64,000 nucleotides of DNA from Selaginella moellendorffii (Eukaryota > Plantae > Lycopodiophyta): NCBI RefSeq assembly GCF_000143415.4, contig NW_003314269.1, positions 2,845,060-2,909,059 on the forward strand, given 5' to 3'. Of this stretch, positions 1-12,369 are shown piece by piece (positions within the stretch are counted from its first letter, which is position 1; each line of letters begins with the position of its first letter). Below the pieces are notes generated by a model. The model searched no databases. It was not told the DNA's origin and was given only the letters and a program-made list of their open reading frames with translations. The translations under genes and the position numbers were made by a program.

Positions 1-495
1 TTTTCACCTGTTTTTATATTTGGGAATTCTATCCACATTATTTGTTCTTGTTCAATCTGGGTTACATCTTGTAATACTCCATCTGCTCCATTTATTAATC
101 CATCTTCTGTTGCTATATTTTGTGTTATTTCAATTGCCATTTTCTTTTAAAATGTAATATTTTATGTACTCCTTGTGTTTTTCTTGTGTCATCTGGCAGT
201 GTGAAATATATAGGACAGGAATTTCCATATTTGTCTTGTGCTTCTATAATTATATCTTTACCTTGTATGTGTTGTATTATTTTTCATTATGTTCTTTTAC
301 TTGTTCATTAGTTGCAAATATAGAATAATATTTTGTGTTATATGTATCTGTGGTGACTTGTTATTATAGCTTCTTATCTGTTTGTTCTCCTATTTTTATT
401 TTATTTAAATCTTTTATAAAGATTATATAATCTTTTTGCCTCATTATTTCAGTAAGTTCATAGATTTTAAAATTATTTTTCCATGGGTGGTGTCT
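1..495 (-). mobile_element. Helitron/Helentron-type PIF1 helicase relic (frameshifted, runs off window start)
   Basis: Manual minus-strand translation gives WKNNFKIYELTEIMRQKD, SIFATNEQVKEHNEK, LPDDTRKTQGVHKIL, NIATEDGLINGADG and IMWIEFPNIKTG. These match PIF1 helicase motifs in order, with at least one frameshift near 145. Confidence 0.75.
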
Positions 496-2259
496 TTAGA
501 AGTGAGGCCACGGTGCATTTCTATAAACTTCATTGAGCCTCTGAATTTTGTTTGAATCAACTAGTAGCAAAAATAAAGTACTTCCAAGTGTTGCTAAATC
601 ACCTGATACACTCATGCTTTTCATAATATTAAAAAATAAAAACTTTGGCATGTATCCAGCATATAAATCTGGTACAATATGATGATACTGCTCTTCACGC
701 TCTAGATGCATATAGAGCTGTGAAAAATATCTTAGAAATAGAAAATTAAATAGGAAAAAACATTACCATAGTTACGTCCAAAGGATTATAAGAAAAAACA
801 ATCTTTATTTTAGGAAAAACACCAATGTTGATTATAACAGCATGTATAGCTTGTGGATAAACTCTAGTAGCCATTAAAGATGAAGTTGGCTTTAGTTGGC
901 AGTAATCTTAGTTTAACATCAAAATCATTTATAATTTGAATGATAGAAGAATCTGTAATATAATAAACTTTTTCTGAACTTCCATGGTGGTAAATTAGGT
1001 TTTTCTGTCATTCAATCCATTTGAAGTGAGAGAATTACAATCTTGTTAATTTTTTTTTAAATTACAAATCTTGTAAGTGAGAAACATTTGCCAACCATAA
1101 ATTTATTATATAATCACACACACATAGATGAATCGCTATATACAGTTAAAGTTTGCAAGCCATGCATATCTATACAATCCATTATATAAATTAAGTATTT
1201 TGCACTTCATAGAGTGTTCTGTGCAAGATGAACTATATAAGTTCCATACCTAGGCGAAAAGTAAATCAAAACTACAGAAAAAAAAGGATTTCAAAACCAT
1301 ACATAGATAAAATCTTCAACTCAAGAATCTTGGTTGAATTTACTTTTTCAAAGTTAAGTGATGCAATAGTGGCTTTTAGGATGGTCAACTTTGTCTTTGC
1401 TTGTGAAACTACAAAACCAAAAAGAAATAAATCAAGAAATACTAAAGAATAAAGAGAAAAACCAAACCTTCATAATAATTTGTTTCTGTTGACATATCCT
1501 CAAGGGGTGACGACTGAACAACATCCATAGCACAATCAAAATTTGACATATCTATATGATTGATTAAACAGAATTACCTTTAGTTAATTTTATTAGTAAA
1601 AAGAGCCAAAAATAAACTAGACTTCACTTAAACAAAAAAAACTTTGAGCTAAAAATAAAATCCATCAATTAGGGTTAGGGTAGATAATATACCAATTCCA
1701 CATGGGACAAACCTTTTCAACCTTTTCATGCACTAACTCTCCTTGTTGTAAACATCCTTGCTAGATACTTCTCATCATCGTCCAAGCTAAAGCTAGAAGC
1801 AACTTGACTCCACTCCTCGGCTGCTACAATCTCCCTCCATCTGTTGCTTTAAAAAAGAGGAAGGAATAGGAATAGAAAGATTGTCATTTGCGTGGACTCA
1901 TGCATCTAAGTCAAAGCCCAATGTTTATGTCATGGTTTCCTCCAAAACTCAAGGTTTGGTCACTGTCCATAAATCGAGCCTCAATTTGCTCTTCCCAATG
2001 ACTCCTCTTTGAAAAGACTCTCTTTCTTCCACTGATCTTTGTTTTCTAGCAGCCATATGGAGGAAGATCTAAGCTCCATCCATGGATGTGTTCCAGGTTG
2101 ATTGATTGATTCTGGATCAGTACTGCCTTGGTGGGTTTCTGATCCTGGATCATGGCTCTCAACTCAAACCTTCAGGGAGAGGCAATTCTCAATCAATTCA
2201 CTAGTTCAAATATGATTTTCTTGACGCTTCCCAGGGACAAGAGCAATCCATTGGAGCTA

Positions 2260-2520
2260 ATGGAGAATACAGTGGCCAGGAACAACAATAGCATCATGAT
2301 TGATCTCGAGGGGGCCTTGCTCAAATCTCCGAGCTGGTTTCAATACTTCATGCTTGTTGCAATTGAGGCTGGGAGCCCCCTATGAGCACTCCTCCTCTTT
2401 TTCATTCTTCCCTTCACATGGATCATTGGCTGCCTCATCCATCCAGCCCTGGAGCTCCAGATTCTCTGCTTCATGGTGGTGGCTGCATTGAGGGCCTTGG
2501 CAATGGAACTTTGAGAGCTC
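2260..2520 (+). pseudogene. Glycerol-3-phosphate acyltransferase (GPAT) N-terminal HAD-like fragment with in-frame stops
   Basis: SIMIDLEGALLKSPSWFQYFMLVAIEAGSPL*ALLLF resembles the plant GPAT motif DLDGTLL.S.S.FPYFMLVA.EAG..LR.L.LL. Stop codons are present and the rest of the gene is absent. Confidence 0.65.
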
Positions 2521-2619
2521 CCTTGCAATTGCCATTCTGGACATAGAACCCAACCAATGCACTATACATTATATGGTTTCTTTGGCTCATGCTCCAAAAA
2601 CCACATATGCTCATGATGA

Positions 2620-2770
2620 TACAAAGTGGTTAGAAAAGTTTATAAATTATAAACATGTTTATAAATTATAAATATGAAATTAATCTAAATGAATAACCAC
2701 CAGAATATCCTAAAATATTCAAGCATATTCTAGGTATATTCATTACCATCCCTGCTTAAACAAACAAAAA
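2620..2770. repeat. AT-rich dispersed repeat, inverted copy of ~37795-37930
   Basis: ttataaacatgtttataaattataaatatgaaattaatctaaatgaataacc...aatatcctaaaatattcaagcatattctaggtatat matches the reverse complement of 37800-37930. Confidence 0.6.
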
Positions 2771-3720
2771 GATAGAGTTATTTTATGAAAGATTTTTTTT
2801 ACATGACTCACCTCTAATTATAAAAATCAAACAACTCTTCTCACTTATGAAAAATTATAAATTTTTTAATAGTTGCAAAATATACCATTACTATATAAAT
2901 TAGCCTTCTAAAATCATAACTAGTTGTGAAATTTTTATTGTTAAATAATAATATATTAATCCAGTAAAAATAAAATTAGTTTAGATAAAAACTAAAATAT
3001 TTTGTTTTAATGAAGTTTTATAAATTACAAAAATATTTATAGTAGTGGGATCATCAAGAAAATTTAAGAATTATAAGGCAAAATATCATCTGGAATAAAA
3101 AAAATTTATTACAATATTAAAGGGAGATATTCATCCTTATTCATTACCCATATTAAATTTTAGTTTTAATTAAAATCCTTACTTTCATATTTAATAAGTG
3201 TAGCACTCAACTAAAGGAATGATAACTTAATGGAATAGATGTATTAAGGATAAAAATAATTACTTATAGTTTTTGCAAAATCAAACCCATTAGATTTAAG
3301 TTCTTTATTTATATTTTATACTTGACTGTTAAGATCTAAATACTAAATTATTGTGTAAGCTCAATTTTCTCAAAAAAAAAGAGAGCTTAAAATAACTAAA
3401 CATTATAATTTAAAAGCCCTGACAAATTTTAGAGAAAATGCTACAGTCATAAGCAAAATAAGATTTGAGAATAATTTTATATTAGAAAAAAAAACTCATA
3501 AAAAGTCACTAAACCATTCAGAAGCAAGAGAAACTCCATAGTACAAATTTAAAGGCTCAAAAAGTGGTAAAAAGTAGTAATATAATATGCCCTAACTTTT
3601 GAAAATTCAAACGTTTCACTTTCGTGATTGAGAAAAACGTTGTCTCGGGCTTGACCGCGACTTTGAAATTCGAGTATACAGCCGTCGCAGCGCTGTCGAG
3701 CAGCATCCAAGATTTCTGTC

Positions 3721-5991
3721 ATGAATGCTATCATTTGCTATGCTTCGGTCGCATTGCTCCTTCTGCCTTTCTCGCTATGCACACGTGAGGAGACGAAGAT
3801 CTTACTCGGGTTTAAATCCAGCCTTGATGGAAATGCCACGATCTTAAGCGACTGGAAGAACAGTGGCAGCAATTACTCAAGTCCCTGTGGCTGGGAAGGA
3901 GTCGCCTGTAGCAATTCTTCTGTCCGATCGATCCATCTCTCTGGTATGAACTTGCGTGGACGCCTCAGTGGAATCAACAATCTTTGCCAGCTTCCAGCCT
4001 TGGAGAGCATCGACCTGTCAAGCAACAATTTCAGTGGAGGATTTCCAGACCAGTTGATCGAGTGTGTCAAGCTTAGATACCTCAACTTGAGCTTCAATGG
4101 CATCTCTGGTGAGCTTCCTGCGTCGGGCTTCCGCAATCTTAGCCGGCTGCTGGTGCTTGATCTCTCGCGGAATGGAATACAGGGACAAATCCCTTGGGAC
4201 ATGATGCGCATAGAGACCTTGCGACTACTTGATCTCTCCAGGAACAACCTGAGTGGCACTATTCCCTGGAACATCAGCATGATCAATCTAAGAATGTTGT
4301 CCCTGGCAAAGAACAAGCTAACTGGAGAAATACCTGGTGAGTTTGGCAGACTGTCCAGGCTCCGCGAGCTCCAGCTGTGGAAGAACATCCTTTCGGGGAG
4401 GATTCCTCTCGCATTTTCTCAGCTCAGGCGGTTGGAAGTGTTGCGACTAGCAGGGAACAACCTGAGCGGTGGCATCCCCGTGGAACTGGCCAGGCTTCCC
4501 AGCTTGAGACGCATTTCGGTCTTTGAAAACAGACTTGGCGGTGAGATCCCACAAGAGTTTGGCCTCCACTCTGCGCTGGAAGACTTCGAGGCAGCACTGA
4601 ACGGTTTAACTGGTCCATTACCAGCAAATCTTTGTCGAGGTGATCGCCTCAGCTTCGTCGGTCTGGATGGAAACAATCTCTCCGGCAGCATTCCTCCTTC
4701 ATACTCCAACTGTACAAAACTGGAAGTCTTCTATGCACCCAGCAACCAGCTCGAAGGGACCATTCCCGCCAGCTTTTTCACTCCAAGTCTACTGGCCCTC
4801 AACCTCTGCAGTAACCAGCTCCATGGCAGCCTTCCGGCGAGCATCGGCAACGCTACATCACTTGCCTTCCTCGGAATTTGCAACAACGAGCTCAGTGGAG
4901 AGCTTCCTGCTGGACTTGCAAACCTGGTTGATCTGCTGGACTTCTCCGCAGGAAACAACAGGTTCTCGGGCTCCATCCCGCCAAGCTTGTTCTCTAGACC
5001 GGTCATGCTGGATGTCTCCGGCAACAACTTCAGTGGAGAACTTGGCATCGACAACAGCAGCAGCCATCTCGTCTTCATGGACTTGAGCAGGAACCAGCTC
5101 ACTGGAAGCTTGCGAAGTGAGCTCTGTGGTTTCATCAACATGCACGTACTCAGCCTGGCCTTCAACCATCTCGACGGCTTCATTCCAGACTGCCTTGGAA
5201 ACCTGTCCTCGTTGCAAATCCTCGACCTCTCGCACAACTCTTTGCGAGGAGAGTTCCCAAGTGAGCTCCAGGGACTCCGAGGATTGCAAGTCGTCCCTCA
5301 AGGCAACAGGCCGGCGTTCCCGTTCTTCCCAAGAACCACCGACTGGAAGCCTTTTCTAGCGCAGTGGACTCAGATGTTTGGAGACTCGGTATACTTCGAC
5401 TGGAGGACGGCATTCCTAGATAGCCGGAACTTGTTCCGGCAAATGCAAGGCTACTCCATCCTTGTCGACTGGAAAGGAACGTTTCGGCTGGTTGGAGATG
5501 TATTTACCACCACCACCACCATAGATGTGTCGTCCAACAGGCTCACGGGCTCCATTCCACCAGAGCTGGGAAGACTCATCGCCCTCCGGAGCTTAAATCT
5601 CTCGTTCAACAGCTTCTCTGGAGGAATTCCTGGCGAGATTGGTCAGCTCCAAAACCTGGAATCCCTGGATGTATCCAGCAACCACTTATCTGGCCAGATT
5701 CCATCCTCGCTCACTAACCTTGGATACCTGGCCAGCTTCAATGCCAGCAGCAACGATCTGCGAGGAAGAATCCCAAGCGAGAATACCTTCAACACCAGAT
5801 TTCCGGCGTCGTGCTTCCAATCGAACAGCGGTCTGTGCGGATTACCCCTGATCAAGAGCTGCGGCGACACCAATGCGGAAGAAATGGCGGCGCCACATGC
5901 CACAGATATTTCGGTCGAGGCATTTGCAATCGGCACCCTCGCCGGCTTCGTGTCCGCGCTGGCCGTGACTCTGTTCTTTTATCGCCCATAA
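3721..5991 (+). CDS. LRR receptor-like protein (RLP) with island domain, single TM, no kinase; intronless, 756 aa
   Basis: Signal peptide, LRRNT (W...PCGWEGVAC), plant LRRs LxxLDLSxNxLxGxIP, an island domain ending VDWKG, four final LRRs, NSGLCGLPL cap, TM with GxxxG and a 3-residue tail. Confidence 0.93.
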   Translation: MNAIICYASVALLLLPFSLCTREETKILLGFKSSLDGNATILSDWKNSGSNYSSPCGWEGVACSNSSVRSIHLSGMNLRGRLSGINNLCQLPALESIDLSSNNFSGGFPDQLIECVKLRYLNLSFNGISGELPASGFRNLSRLLVLDLSRNGIQGQIPWDMMRIETLRLLDLSRNNLSGTIPWNISMINLRMLSLAKNKLTGEIPGEFGRLSRLRELQLWKNILSGRIPLAFSQLRRLEVLRLAGNNLSGGIPVELARLPSLRRISVFENRLGGEIPQEFGLHSALEDFEAALNGLTGPLPANLCRGDRLSFVGLDGNNLSGSIPPSYSNCTKLEVFYAPSNQLEGTIPASFFTPSLLALNLCSNQLHGSLPASIGNATSLAFLGICNNELSGELPAGLANLVDLLDFSAGNNRFSGSIPPSLFSRPVMLDVSGNNFSGELGIDNSSSHLVFMDLSRNQLTGSLRSELCGFINMHVLSLAFNHLDGFIPDCLGNLSSLQILDLSHNSLRGEFPSELQGLRGLQVVPQGNRPAFPFFPRTTDWKPFLAQWTQMFGDSVYFDWRTAFLDSRNLFRQMQGYSILVDWKGTFRLVGDVFTTTTTIDVSSNRLTGSIPPELGRLIALRSLNLSFNSFSGGIPGEIGQLQNLESLDVSSNHLSGQIPSSLTNLGYLASFNASSNDLRGRIPSENTFNTRFPASCFQSNSGLCGLPLIKSCGDTNAEEMAAPHATDISVEAFAIGTLAGFVSALAVTLFFYRP

Positions 5992-6549
5992 GAAAAATAT
6001 GTTTTTGTCCGCCTGAAGTAAGCTATCTCTTAAAATCATAGAGATATTTGTTCATTCAGGACAATTATTTTTTATTTCTTTAAATTGTATTTATATATTA
6101 TATTAGAATTTAGATTTAAAATATAAATATTTGGAAGCACTCAGTATTTATTCAAGCCACAAATGTTTAACTGATTTTGAAGAAGAGGATGTAATTTGAA
6201 GTTGGCCATCACAACAATTAATGACTGACAATAACATTTAGCCAATCCATGAAGGACCATTTAGTGATGAACTGATAAGTTTTATAATTAGAATAAACTC
6301 AATAGTTAAACATACACTATGAAATTAAGTGTTATTTATATTGGAAAAGTAGATACAGAAAATTAATCTTTTTAGTAAAACCAAGCCTCAATCTGATTGT
6401 GGATATGATGGGTTGGAGGTAATGCAAATAAAATTGCGTTTATGATCCACATGTAACCTTTCGTTTCACAAAGAACTGCCATGGCGACTCGACCGGGCCA
6501 TAACCTCTGCCCGTCTTCAAATTGAATCGCAATTCCCAAAGATTCCACT

Positions 6550-8200
6550 ATGAATCTATGTTATGTTTCGTGCGCAGTGCTTCTCCATTCACTTCCGCTG
6601 TTCTCACTGTGCATGCAGGAGCAAGACGAGAAGTTAGTCTTGCTCAAGTTTAAATCCAGCCTTGTTGGAAGTACCATCTTAAGTGACCGGAAGAACAATG
6701 GCAACAATCCGTGCGGCTGGACGGGAGTGGTGTGTCGCAATAACTCTGTTGGATCGCTCCATCTCCGTGACACGAATTTGGATGGACGACTCAGTAGTGG
6801 CATGGACAGTCTTTGCAAACTTCCAAACTTGGAGAGCATTGACCTGTCCAACAACAACTTTAGTTCGAGTGCGTGAAGCTTGCATACCTCAACTTTGGAA
6901 ATCCTCCACTAAAGTTGTTGTTGGACAAGTCAATGCTCTCGAGTTTGGAAGCTCACCATTGTAGCTCACCCGACCTGGGCAAGTCGACCATTGTAGATCA
7001 CCACTACCAGCGAATGCTTGCCGAGGTGCTGTTGCTAAAAACCAGCTATCTGGCAGCATTCCTCCAACTGTACAAGACTGGAAGGCATTCTTGGCGCAGA
7101 GGAACGAACTCCAAGGAACGATTCGAAGCAGCTTGTTCTCTCCAAGGCTGTTGGTTCTCAACCTCTGCAATAACCTGGCAGCCTTCCAGCGAGCATCGCC
7201 AATGCTACATCCCTTGTGAACTTCGGCAATGCGCTCAGTGGAGAGCTTCCCGCTGGACTTGAAAACCTGCGAGACTTGCTGGACCGCTGGCAATAACATC
7301 TTCTCAGGCCCCATCCCATAGAACATCTTCACCAAACTAGTCAAGTTGGATCTCTCTGGTAGCAATTTAACCGGAGGCCTTGACATCGAAAACAGCACCT
7401 ATCGTCTCGCCTTCATGAACTTGAGCAGAAAAAAGCTGACTGGAAGCTTGCCAGATGAGCTGTGTGGCTTCGTCAACATGGACATACTCAGCTTGGCCTT
7501 CAACCATCTCAGTGGATCCATCCCAGACTGCAAATCCTGGCCTTACGAGGAGGAATTCGCTTGCAAGTTGTTCCACCAGGCAACAAACCGGCCTTTCCGT
7601 TCTTCCCCAGAACGACTGAGTGGAAATCATATGTTCACAGTGGACTCACGCAAATGGAGATGCAATATACCAAGAGTTTGCTCGCAACCGGGCTTCCTTC
7701 CTTGACACTGCCATTCTTGTCGACTGGAAAGGAGTGTTTCGTACAGTGGGAGGCTTCTTCACCATCACCACCACCATAGACGTGTCGTCAAATAACTTGA
7801 GTGGCACCATTCCTCCAGAGCTGGGAAAAATCATCGCACTCCGGAGCTTCAATCTCTCTTTAAACAGCTTCTCTGGAACCATCCCTAGCGAGCTTGGTCA
7901 GCTCGAAAGCCTGGGATCCCTAACCACTTGCAAGGTGAGAGCTCACTAACCTCGGATACCTGGCCAGCTTCAATGCCAGCAGCAATGATCTGCGAGGAAG
8001 AATAGCGAGAATACCTTCAACACCAGATTTCCAGCGTCCCGACGACGGATTTCCAGGTTTCCAGCGTCCTTTTACCCCTGATCAAGAGCTGCGGCGACAC
8101 CGATGCCAAAAAAGAAGCAGTGGCGCCTCACGCAGGATACATTTCACGCGAGGCATTCGCAGCCGGCGTCCTCGCCGGCTGCCAGCCCTCACGCTGTTTC
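6550..8200 (+). pseudogene. Decayed tandem paralog of the upstream LRR-RLP
   Basis: Fragments match 3721-5991 (PCGWTGVVC, PAFPFFPRTTEWK, ILVDWKGVFRTVG, SFNASSNDLRGR) but are broken by stops, frameshifts, deletions and a short inverted piece at ~6880-6950. Confidence 0.88.
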
Positions 8201-8382
8201 CATAACCCTAAAATAAATAGGATATACTTTTGCGCGCCAAAAAGATTTTTTTGTGGATGAGGCTGTGGCGTCGAGCCGTCGGATGCAAATCGAAGCAACG
8301 CCAGTCGTCCGATGGCGGATGAGGCGAGCGAGCACCACACAACTTTGAAATTTAGGGCTCTCTAGCGAGAGGGGTAGAGGCA

Positions 8383-9528
8383 ATGGCGTGCGCGATCCCA
8401 TCCATGACGATGGCCGGAGCTTCCCGATCCAGAAGGTGCGTCGCCAGCCCGAGCGGCAGCTGCGAATTCTCCAAGCTGCGCCGCTCGGATTTCGTCGGCG
8501 GCGGCGAGCTGTGCGGCGAGCTCGAGAGCAGGGCCAGCCGGGGACGCTCTGTGGCGGTGTGCAGCCTCAAGGATCTCCGCGATCGCATCGACACGGTGAA
8601 GAACACGCAGAAGATCACCGACGCCATGAAGCTGGTGGCGGCGGCCAAGGTGCGTAGAGCCCAGGAGGCCGTGGTGAACGGCCGCCCCTTTTCCGAGGCG
8701 CTCGTCCAGGTGCTCTACAACGTCAACGAGAGATTGCAGCTCGAGGACGTGGACACTCCTCTCACCAAAGTGAGGCCCGTGAAGAAGGTCGCGCTCGTCG
8801 TCGTCACTGGCGATCGAGGCCTCTGCGGAGGATTCAACAACACAGTGCTCAAGAAGGCCGAGGAGAGGATGCGGCAGCTCAAGGACACTGTGGAGCTCAC
8901 GGTGATCAGCATTGGAAAGAAAGGCAATGCTTACTTCACGAGGCGGCCATACATCCCACTGGACAAGACGTACCAGACCGGCTCGGCTCCCACAACCTCG
9001 GAGGCCCAGGCCATCGCCGACGAGCTCTTCGCGCTGTTCGTGAGCGAGGAGGTGGACAAGGTGGAGCTCCTCTACACCAAGTTCGTGTCGCTCATCAAGT
9101 CGGAGCCAGTGATCCACACGCTGCTGCCGCTCTCTCCACAGGGACAGGTCTGCGACATCAATGGAAACTGTGTCGACGCGGACGAGGATGAGATGTTCCG
9201 GCTTACCACCAAGGACGGCAAGCTCACGGTCGAGCGTGATACGTTCAAGACGGAGGTGACTCCGTTTAGCGGGGTCATGATCTTCGAGCAGGAGCCCGTC
9301 CAGATCCTCGACGCGCTGCTGCCACTCTACCTCAACAGCCAGCTCCTGCGAGCGCTGCAGGAGTCCGTGGCCAGCGAGCTCGCCTCGAGGATGAACGCCA
9401 TGAACAACGCCAGTGAGAATGCCTCGGATCTCAAGAAGGCCCTGTCCATCAGTTACAACCGGCAGCGACAAGCCAAGATCACTGGAGAGATCCTCGAGAT
9501 CGTTGCTGGATCTACAGCACAAGTATAA
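8383..9528 (+). CDS. ATPC: Chloroplast ATP synthase CF1 gamma subunit, intronless
   Basis: Transit peptide, SLKDLRDRIDTVKNTQKITDAMKLVAAAKVRRAQ, VTGDRGLCGGFN, redox loop VCDINGNCVD and C-terminal RQAKITGEILEIVAG. Confidence 0.97.
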   Translation: MACAIPSMTMAGASRSRRCVASPSGSCEFSKLRRSDFVGGGELCGELESRASRGRSVAVCSLKDLRDRIDTVKNTQKITDAMKLVAAAKVRRAQEAVVNGRPFSEALVQVLYNVNERLQLEDVDTPLTKVRPVKKVALVVVTGDRGLCGGFNNTVLKKAEERMRQLKDTVELTVISIGKKGNAYFTRRPYIPLDKTYQTGSAPTTSEAQAIADELFALFVSEEVDKVELLYTKFVSLIKSEPVIHTLLPLSPQGQVCDINGNCVDADEDEMFRLTTKDGKLTVERDTFKTEVTPFSGVMIFEQEPVQILDALLPLYLNSQLLRALQESVASELASRMNAMNNASENASDLKKALSISYNRQRQAKITGEILEIVAGSTAQV

Positions 9529-9842
9529 AAGAATTTTAGCAGCTTCAAGGAAGAACCAAGTAAGTACCTTGATCATCGCTTTGTCGTCCAGTGCTGGAAA
9601 TTTTTAGCCACCGGCCAGCAGCCATTTGCGAGGAGCTATGTAAATTCTCAAGGAAGAAACAAACACAACTCATCAGTCGACAAAAAATTTCCCGTTATTA
9701 AATTTCAAGGCATCGCTGTGATAACAGTAAATAACTTACGTGTCCAATATACAACCAGCCTTTGTCTTTTCGTTCTCACGATTCGGTGAGAAGCCTGTAC
9801 AACAACAACAAAACTATTTCTCGTATCTTCGCGTACCAGTTC

Positions 9843-11694
9843 TCAAAAGAGATGGTTGAGGAAGAGGACCAGCCATGCGGTCATCGTAAACACGGCGCAT
9901 ATGTGCTCCCAGAACAAAACTGCCGATATTTCTTTCTCTCCATGGCCCTGAATGCTTGCCACGGTTCCTGGTAAAAGCGAGTCGCATAAGAGACTGGATA
10001 GAATTTTAGCACTGACTTACCAGCTAGAATCGACGATGGCATCGAGTGTTGCAAGAGAAGAACGAAGCGGAAGAGTTTGTTCTGAGCGGGGATGAGGCTC
10101 AGTCGATCTGCCCCCTCCACGACAAGTAATCCGATCGCTGGCATGACTAGAAGCCTCACAACCGTGATCGTAACGGTTGTTTTCATGCCAAGGCTGGACG
10201 CTCCCGGGCCTGCCATCGCACACCAGCAGTTAGGAAAAGGACACAGGGTCTTAAAGATTAGAATGTGTGTACCTTTAGCAAGGCTTGCACCGAGGACGAG
10301 CATCATGCAAGGCACCATCGCCGACCTGTGTGGCATTTAGACGTGGCGTTTAGATTCAACTGAACGAGCGTTATTTAGAAGCGTACCCCGTTATGTTCAA
10401 GGCGTCAGACAGAAAAAACAGCGCTCCATCGTCATCCAAGAAGAGGTACTTCAAAAATGGTATTGCTCCTACGACAAGGGCCAGGATCTAAAGACACCTC
10501 GCGACTTTGAGAAAGCACGATGGAAGAAAAGCATACTTACTGAAGCGTTTATCGCTGGCTGCATGACACTCCTGAGAGTTGCTAGGAACTTCCTCAAAAG
10601 TGCATGCTGCAAAGAAACGTCACTCGTCAGTGCGTGTTTGACAGAGGATAAAAGACTCTTGAACCTTGTTATGTGCGGGATCCTTCCACTCATCTTCTGC
10701 ATACGCGGTAAGCTGCGGGTAGTCTTTCACCACAGGAACCTCGAGGGGATTCACAACTGCGGTCTGGCCGTTGATTTTTATCACCAGAGGCTCCGTCAAG
10801 TCACATTCTTGAATGGCGGTGGTGTCACCTTTCGGAGGTCTCAGCATGCGCATCACGAACGTATATGCTATCACCGCTCCAACCTGCACGCGTTTGCTCA
10901 GAAAGCGAAGCAAATAAAGATATGAAAACAACTTATTACCCATTGACCAAACGATATGTAGGCCACGGATTGCGCATTGCACGTCGCGGGGTCGCCAAAA
11001 GGATTCTCGTCGTCACGACACACGGCTCCAAGCAGCACAAGAGGGATGTTCCCGATATTCCCTGGCAAAAGTCACAAAGAGAAGTTAGAAAGAGTCACTT
11101 ACGAGAGGTTAGATTATGCATAAACTCGAGTGAAGCTAGCAAGTATAACGCACCAACACCGATCATAACAATCGTCAGATTGAAAAACTCTCGAGGAGGT
11201 TTGATGATGACAGCCACAAGCCATCCAAGCGCGCAGCCAAGAATTGTAGCGAGCAAAACATTCACTGGAATGAACCACCTACATCACAGGATCACCACAT
11301 CAGCATCGATCAAACATTAAGAAACTACAATCTTCAGACCGACCATTCGAGCATTTTCTGCAACGTCACTGCCGATCCAAGCTTCGTGAAGATTAAGCAA
11401 GGTAGAAACAGAGTAAAAACAAGCTACATTAAGAACAAAGCAAAGTGTTAAGCACGGCGAGAGCACGACAGAAAGGGACACACAAAATTTTTCGCGCACC
11501 TTGCTCAGTTGCTTCCTGGTGTTCGCCGTGAGGATATTGATCCGCGGTGACGCCATAATCGCTCCCAGCGCGCACATTACAAGGACCTTGGCGATCGGCA
11601 TGAGCGAGAAATCCAGGAGCCGCGTTATCGGCTCGTTCTGCTGCTCCATGCCCGCACGGAGCGCTCGAAGCACTGCGAATCCGGCTCCTACCAT
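9843..11694 (-). CDS. PILS: PIN-LIKES auxin efflux carrier family protein (multi-exon)
   Basis: MPIAKVLVMCALG, VFTLFLPCLIF.KLGS, GNIGNIPL, MVPCMMLVLGASL, FRFVLLLQHSMPSSILAG and EISAVLFWEH; short GT-AG introns; stop TGA at 9843-9845. Confidence 0.9.
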
Positions 11695-12369
11695 GGCCGA
11701 AGCAAGGGAAAGACGACGATGACGAAAATATTCCAAGAAAATCAGAACGCCATCGCGGAGAACAAGAAGAGAGTAGAATCGCAAGCGCGATTCCAGAGAA
11801 GAAGACGATCGATCGACTTTTGCGCGGGCAATGCGCAAAAATCGGGACAACGGAGAGCGCACGATTCTTCTCCCCCCCGATTAAGCAGGGGTCCCTCTAT
11901 AATAGACCTAAATCCGCGAGTTCTTAGAGCCGGAGAGTAAAATATTCGTTTGCCCTTGTGACGTGTCAGGTAATTCACCATATAACACCGCCAAACACTA
12001 CTTTATTTACGTGGTGGTCCAAAGCGGACAATAGGGATCAAACCAGGTGTCAACTCTTTGCTGGTCTCCTTTACACGTATACCGGTTGTTGGATCGATTC
12101 TCATCCCCCACATTTGACCGGTCCACAATAGGCAAGGGTATATCCCAGATGCCTTTAAGAAAGAAGTTTCTCCAGAAAACTTCAAATGCAAATCCATCCA
12201 TGTAACTCTTTAGGCAGAAAGTCCATTTTGTTCTATACAAACGCTGCGTTTCTCCTCAAATCTCTTCCTCTCGTCAGCGAAACCACCACTCTCTGATCGA
12301 ATTTACAGTGCCTGATATGATCTTGGCCGGGACGAACGAGCTCACAACTCCGATGATGTCCGTGTCGTT

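Noticed and set aside
8362-9576. 404-aa antisense ORF opposite ATPC, and similar long shadow ORFs opposite DELLA, CPSF6, the lipocalin and PEX3
   Set aside because: Expected by-product of GC-rich codon usage on the real strand; no recognisable motifs.
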